Shown: piece after piece, positions 46,145 through 50,967 of the stretch
Position numbering within the stretch: the first letter of the stretch is position 1
Layout: each line of letters begins with the position of its first letter
DNA from: Parcubacteria group bacterium
Lineage (GTDB): Bacteria; Patescibacteriota; Minisyncoccia; Portnoybacterales; UBA2143
Direction of reading: 5' to 3'
Assembly: GCA_002685955.1 (NCBI GenBank)
Contig: NYYU01000041.1
Span: 1-50,967 of the forward strand
Length of the DNA stretch: 50,967 nt
Program-made: the position numbers and the translations under genes
Notes under the pieces: model-generated
The model's database searches: none
What the model was told of the DNA's origin: nothing
What the model saw: the letters and a program-made list of their open reading frames with translations, nothing else

Positions 46145-49141
46145 ATGCCTTTAGTTAACCCCAAAGTTAAAACTAAAAAACTTGAAGAAAAGTTAACCTT
46201 AATCAAACGCCAAGAAGAAGAAACGTCTGCTAAGCGATTAGCTCAAGAGCTTGATTTGCCCTATATTAATTTAGCTATGACCGCGATTGACTCTGATAGC
46301 CTGGCCATCTTGCCCAAAGAAACTGCTCAAAAAGGAGAAGCATTAATCATTAGAAAATATGGCAAAATATTACGTTTAGCCGTCAGGAATCCTGACAATC
46401 CTCAGACAGTTGAAATTATTGAACAACTCGAGCGTCAAGGTTTTGAATGCAAATTCTTTATTGTCTCTTTAACAAGTTTAGAAATAGGTTGGCAGCGCTA
46501 CGAATTAACCGCCCCTAAATCTAGCTCGATTAGGGGCATTTTAACTATTCAGAAAGAAGAATTAGAAGAATTTGAAAAATCTCTTAAAACCATTCAAGAT
46601 CTTAAAAAGACCATTAGCAATTTATCAACTACCGGTCTTCTTTCTATTATTGTAGCCGGAGCAATTAAAATGAAGGCTTCGGATATTCATTTTGAACCGG
46701 GCAAAAAAGGCATTAAAATGCGCTACCGAATTGATGGATTACTTCAAGAGATAACTATTTTCCCAACAAAATCATATCGTTTCCTGCTTTCCAGGGTTAA
46801 AACCCTGTCAGACATGATTATTAATGTTCATGATATTAGTCAAGATGGCCGTTTTACTATTAGAATTTTAGGCGATAAAAAATCTCAGGATATTGACATG
46901 AGGGTTTCAGTTCTGCCTACGGGCTATGGAGAAAGTATTGTGATACGTCTTTTAGGATTGGGCATAGTTGAATTAAATCTGCCTGACTTAGGCATTAGAC
47001 CCGAATTATTTGAACTGGCTAAAATGCAAATCACCCGGCCCAATGGCATGGTTTTAACCACCGGACCAACCGGCTCAGGTAAAACCACTACTCTCTATGC
47101 TTGTTTAGAATATGTTAATAAACCGGAGAATAAAATTATTACAGTTGAAGATCCAATTGAGTATAGATTAAAAGGAATTACTCAAACCCAAATTAACAAA
47201 CGCAAAGGACAAACCTTTGCCAAGGTTTTAAAAACAGTTGTTCGTCAAGATCCTGATACTTTAATGGTCGGCGAAATTAGAGACAAAGAAAGCGCTGATA
47301 TCGCCGTTCATTCTGCCTTAACCGGCCATATAGTTTTCTCTACTCTTCACGCCAATGACGCGGCTAGTGCCGTACCGCGTTTAATCGACATTGGGGTTAA
47401 GCCGGCTTTTATTCCTCAAACGCTTAATTTAGTTATTGCTCAAAGATTAGTTAGAAGGCTTTGTCCCTATTGCAAAAAACCCTATAATCCTTCTGATCAG
47501 ATGATCAAAGATACTAAAAAGATTTTTTCTTTGATCTCGCCTAAAACAGGTATTGATATTCCTAGAAAAATATCTACTTTTTACAAACCTCAGGGATGTC
47601 CTAAGTGCCATGGCTTAGGCTATCAGGGCCGAATTGGTATTTTTGAATTTTTTACTGTTAGTCAGGCAATTGAAAAGATGATTCTTGAAAAAGGCACTTC
47701 ATTTGAACTCCGGGCTAAAGCGATGCAACAAGGCATGATGACTCTCATGCAGGACGCCATGTTAAGAATAGTTGAAGGAACCACTTCTATGGAAGAATTA
47801 CAAAGAGTCATTGGCTCTCCTCAATACATTGAACAACTTTACGGCCAATCAATTATGTCCATGCTTACTCGAGCCTTGATCATAACTGATAGAATGATTA
47901 CCTGGGCTAAATCTATAGTGCTGGGTGACAAGAAAACCCAGAAAAAACTTGATAAAGTTAAAATGGAAGATTTGGTTGAATGGCTTGCTGTAGCCGCCCT
48001 GCATATGAAAGCAACTGATATTCATTTAGAAGCAGAAGAAAATATTTTCAAAATTAGATTAAGGATAGATAGCGCCCTTGAAGAAATAGCTCAAATTCCT
48101 AAAGAATTATTCTTGTCCGTTGTGGCCAAGATTAAAGAATTAGCTGGTATGGATATTGAAGTCCATCAAAGAACCCAAGATGGTCGCTTTAAGATAGATT
48201 ATCCTGATGGGAAATCATATGATACGCGAATATCGGTTATCCCTAGCGGCTATGGCGAATCGGTCATTATCCGATTGCTCCGGTCAGATATTGGAATATT
48301 AACTTTAGAAGAATTAGGTTTGCGAAAAGAATCATTAAAAATTATCCAAAAAGCGATTAAATCGCCTAATGGCATTATTTTTGTTACGGGGCCGACCAGC
48401 GCTGGAAAAACAACCACTCTTTACTCAATCCTTAACCAACTTAATCGCCCTGAAGTTAAAATCTTTACGATTGAAGATCCGATTGAATACCGTCTTAAAG
48501 GAATCATCCAGACTCAGATAAACAAAGAAGAAGGCTATACCTTTCTTGAAGCTCTTAGAGCCCTGCTCCGACAGAATCCTAACATTATCATGCTCGGTGA
48601 AGTTAGAGACGCAGAAACCGCTCAAGCAGCTATTCAGGCATCTTTAACCGGCCACTTGGTTTTAACCACCCTTCACACTAATAGCGCCGTAGAAGCAATC
48701 CAAAGATTAAATACTTTGGGCATTAAGGCCGATGATATTAGTTCTTCTTTACGGGCAATTGTTGCCCAAAGATTAGTCAGAAAACTCTGTCAAAAATGTA
48801 AAAAAGAAATAAAAATACCTGCAGAAACTCTAGCTCAAATCAAAAAAGAACTTAAAAAAATCCCTGCTTCTTATAAACAAGGAATTAAACAAATTAAACT
48901 TTATCAACCAGGTAAGTGCAAAGAATGTAATCAAAGAGGATATCAAGGTCAAATGGCTATCTTTGAGATTCTAACAGCTGATGACGAGATAAAACAAAAA
49001 ATTCGAGATTCAATTAACCCAACTGAACTAGAAAAATTAGCTAAAGAAAAAGGAATGGTTGCTCTATACCAAGATGGCTTGCTTAACGCTTTAAAGGGTA
49101 TAACCAGCCTAGATGAAGTAGAAAGAGTAACTACTGGTTGA
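46145..49141 (+). CDS. GspE/PilB family ATPase with two tandem ATPase modules
   Basis: SDIHFEP/TDIHLEA, QDGRF twice, GPTGSGKTT/GPTSAGKTT, EDPIEY twice, GEIRD/GEVRD, AQRLVR-CxxC twice. Confidence 0.93.
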   Translation: MPLVNPKVKTKKLEEKLTLIKRQEEETSAKRLAQELDLPYINLAMTAIDSDSLAILPKETAQKGEALIIRKYGKILRLAVRNPDNPQTVEIIEQLERQGFECKFFIVSLTSLEIGWQRYELTAPKSSSIRGILTIQKEELEEFEKSLKTIQDLKKTISNLSTTGLLSIIVAGAIKMKASDIHFEPGKKGIKMRYRIDGLLQEITIFPTKSYRFLLSRVKTLSDMIINVHDISQDGRFTIRILGDKKSQDIDMRVSVLPTGYGESIVIRLLGLGIVELNLPDLGIRPELFELAKMQITRPNGMVLTTGPTGSGKTTTLYACLEYVNKPENKIITVEDPIEYRLKGITQTQINKRKGQTFAKVLKTVVRQDPDTLMVGEIRDKESADIAVHSALTGHIVFSTLHANDAASAVPRLIDIGVKPAFIPQTLNLVIAQRLVRRLCPYCKKPYNPSDQMIKDTKKIFSLISPKTGIDIPRKISTFYKPQGCPKCHGLGYQGRIGIFEFFTVSQAIEKMILEKGTSFELRAKAMQQGMMTLMQDAMLRIVEGTTSMEELQRVIGSPQYIEQLYGQSIMSMLTRALIITDRMITWAKSIVLGDKKTQKKLDKVKMEDLVEWLAVAALHMKATDIHLEAEENIFKIRLRIDSALEEIAQIPKELFLSVVAKIKELAGMDIEVHQRTQDGRFKIDYPDGKSYDTRISVIPSGYGESVIIRLLRSDIGILTLEELGLRKESLKIIQKAIKSPNGIIFVTGPTSAGKTTTLYSILNQLNRPEVKIFTIEDPIEYRLKGIIQTQINKEEGYTFLEALRALLRQNPNIIMLGEVRDAETAQAAIQASLTGHLVLTTLHTNSAVEAIQRLNTLGIKADDISSSLRAIVAQRLVRKLCQKCKKEIKIPAETLAQIKKELKKIPASYKQGIKQIKLYQPGKCKECNQRGYQGQMAIFEILTADDEIKQKIRDSINPTELEKLAKEKGMVALYQDGLLNALKGITSLDEVERVTTG

Positions 49142-49326
49142 TACACCATAGCCCTGATTAACCTGTAGGCAACGACTCTCTGCCTGAGAACAGAGAGAAA
49201 AGGTCTTTCCGAGGAATATTCCAGTCGGAACCAAAATATCCAAAAACTAAGAGAAAACCCCCATCGAACTCTATTTATAAAAAACGAGTCCTTATTGCCT
49301 ACAGATTAGTAAGGGCTATGGTGTAT
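49141..49326 (-). ncRNA. ssrS: Probable 6S RNA (rod-shaped, 186 nt)
   Basis: 32-bp terminal inverted arms plus gacuc/gaguc, A/U-rich central bubble, inner G-U-rich stems closing a UCCG loop on the minus strand; promoter upstream. Confidence 0.6.
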
Positions 49327-49358
49327 TTAAAAGCTGCCTTAAAAACAGCTTTATTCAA

Positions 49359-49387
49359 ATAATAGCAAAATATTATAAAAATGTCAA
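49359..49387 (-). promoter_or_regulatory. Sigma70 promoter for the 6S-like RNA, overlapping the ruvB start
   Basis: TTGACA (49387-49382), 17-nt spacer ending TGC, TATTAT (49364-49359). Confidence 0.65.
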
Positions 49388-50400
49388 GTAATTTATCAAA
49401 CCCCGAACAATTGAATGAAGATCGCTATTTAGATTCAACTCTTCGTCCCCGCTCTTTTGATGAATACATGGGCCAGCAAAAAATCAAAGAAAATCTTAAA
49501 ATTTTGATTGAAGCGGCCAAAAAAAGGAATGAAGGCATTGAGCATGTGCTTTTACATGGCAGCAGTGGGCTAGGTAAGACAAGTTTAGCCCATATTATTG
49601 CCAAAGAGATGAATGCTAATATTAAAATAACTTCAGGACCCGCTATTGAAAAAGTGGGTGATTTGGCTTCTATTCTAACTAATCTCCAACCCGGAGATAT
49701 TTTATTCTGCGATGAATGTCATCGATTAAATAAAACTATTGAAGAAACTCTTTATCCAGCCATGGAAGACTTTATTCTGGATATTATCATTGGCAAAGGA
49801 CCTTCAGCTCGGACCTTACAATTAGAATTGCCCCGCTTTACCTTTATTGGAGCGACTACTCGAACTGGATTAATTTCCTCGCCTTTAAGAAGCCGATTTG
49901 GCGCTACTTATTGTCTTGATTTTTACAATCAGGAAGATATTGAAAAAATTATTGCCCGTTCAGCTGAAATTTTAAAAATCAGCATAGACCAGAATGAAGC
50001 CTTAAAAACTATTGCTCAATCAGCCCGCCGAACACCCCGGGTAGCCAATCGCCTCCTCAAAAGAGTTCGAGATTACAGCCAAGTCAGAGCTGATGGGGTT
50101 ATTAGCCAACAAACAGCCCAAGAAGCCCTAAAAATGCTGGAAATTGACCAATATGGACTAGAGCCATCTGACCGCCGTTTGCTTAAAATCATTATTGAAA
50201 AATTTAGTGGTGGACCAGTTGGTTTACAGGCCTTGGCGGCCGCCACTCTGGAAGAAACTGAAACAATTGCTGATGTTTATGAGCCCTATCTTTTGCAAAT
50301 GGGTTTTCTTGACCGGACGCCGCGCGGCCGAACCGCCACCAAACTAGCCTACGCTCACCTTGGAATTCCCTACCCAGAAAACCAAGATAAGTTGTTGTAA
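49381..50400 (+). CDS. ruvB: Holliday junction branch migration helicase
   Basis: [41 protein letters not shown] and GGPVG motifs. Confidence 0.97.
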   Translation: MSSNLSNPEQLNEDRYLDSTLRPRSFDEYMGQQKIKENLKILIEAAKKRNEGIEHVLLHGSSGLGKTSLAHIIAKEMNANIKITSGPAIEKVGDLASILTNLQPGDILFCDECHRLNKTIEETLYPAMEDFILDIIIGKGPSARTLQLELPRFTFIGATTRTGLISSPLRSRFGATYCLDFYNQEDIEKIIARSAEILKISIDQNEALKTIAQSARRTPRVANRLLKRVRDYSQVRADGVISQQTAQEALKMLEIDQYGLEPSDRRLLKIIIEKFSGGPVGLQALAAATLEETETIADVYEPYLLQMGFLDRTPRGRTATKLAYAHLGIPYPENQDKLL

Positions 50401-50428
50401 TACCCCCAACCATCCCGGCAGAGTTTGA

Positions 50429-50698
50429 TTATTGATAAATCCGATGAGTGCCAATTAAATAAAAACGGACTGTATTTTTATCTGTAAATCTAAAAACAAT
50501 CCGATATTTATAACCAATAGAAAAAGACCAGTATTTTTCTATCTTTCCTTTAAATTTTCCGTGAAGTTTGTGTGTTTTTAATTCAGGACTAAATGGATTT
50601 TGGCGAAAAACTTTTTCTTTTTTTTCAGCTAATTTTTTAGCTTCATCTGGTAACTTTTTATAACCTCTAATAAACTTAGAAGAATATAAAATTTTCAT
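50429..50698 (-). CDS. Type II TA toxin, RelE/ParE family
   Basis: F...YKKL, NPF...LKTHKLHG, WSFSI...YRIVF, IGTHRIY. Confidence 0.88.
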   Translation of the reverse strand: MKILYSSKFIRGYKKLPDEAKKLAEKKEKVFRQNPFSPELKTHKLHGKFKGKIEKYWSFSIGYKYRIVFRFTDKNTVRFYLIGTHRIYQ

Positions 50699-50724
50699 AA
50701 AATTATCCTCTTTAATTTCTTAAT

Positions 50725-50943
50725 TTATCTCAAATCTTTTAAAGAATTCAGAATTTTGCCCTTACCAGTATCAAACTCTTTATCAATTGCTTCCAATTCA
50801 GCTAATAATTTACCTTCTTCTTCATAATTACGTAAAAGAGCGCGGAAAAATTCGCTGACGCTGACATACTTATTCTTTTTTACCTCCTGCTTAATCATTT
50901 TAACCATTTCAGCAGGAAGAGAAATATTAACGATATTACGCAT
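50725..50943 (-). CDS. Ribbon-helix-helix antitoxin (CopG/ParD-like)
   Basis: VNISLP...Y.SVSEFFRALLR; upstream of the RelE toxin. Confidence 0.85.
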   Translation of the reverse strand: MRNIVNISLPAEMVKMIKQEVKKNKYVSVSEFFRALLRNYEEEGKLLAELEAIDKEFDTGKGKILNSLKDLR

Positions 50944-50967
50944 GGTTTTGTTTAATTATTTATTAGT

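Noticed and set aside
49141-49326. Retron msr-msd, SRP RNA or RNase P interpretation of the long inverted repeat
   Set aside because: There is no reverse transcriptase in the window and no SRP or RNase P signature; the rod-with-bubble fold fits 6S better. A MITE is not fully excluded.
5978-50413. Short antisense or out-of-frame ORFs within long genes (e.g. 5978, 7074, 8360, 9015, 12276, 22107, 27843, 28939, 30974, 33232, 36710, 37657, 43618, 48425, 50204)
   Set aside because: They are shadows of well-supported genes and have no independent evidence.

Overview
This is an AT-rich, gene-dense chromosomal window, most likely from a Patescibacteria/CPR (Parcubacteria-like) bacterium; this is inferred from gene content and the absence of biosynthetic genes. 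The backbone is housekeeping: six aminoacyl-tRNA synthetases (hisS, leuS, metG, glyQS, ileS, argS), lepB, pth, dprA, topA, a RelA/SpoT homologue, parAB, tsaC/tsaE, tatD, rsmI, recO, smpB-tmRNA-infC-rpmI-rplT, holA, a double-ATPase PilB/GspE, ruvB, tRNA-Leu(CAA) and a probable 6S RNA. Several accessory patches stand out. (1) A VirD4/TraD-like ATPase locus (30.9-38.0 kb) is followed by two paralogous gene pairs. In each pair, a protein with a shared N-terminal leader and an internal signal peptide precedes a conserved ~90-aa helical partner, suggesting a secreted-cargo/chaperone system. (2) Two unrelated nuclease-like genes are each faced by a near-identical convergent promoter driving a tiny hairpin RNA, suggesting RNA-antitoxin modules. 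(3) Three small cassettes are bounded by 30-52 bp diverged duplications of host sequence, with no integrase in the window. (4) Short palindromes and heptamer repeats are inserted in frame in core genes. (5) Many promoters look leaderless. All calls come from reading the sequence by eye; no searches or folding programs were run.
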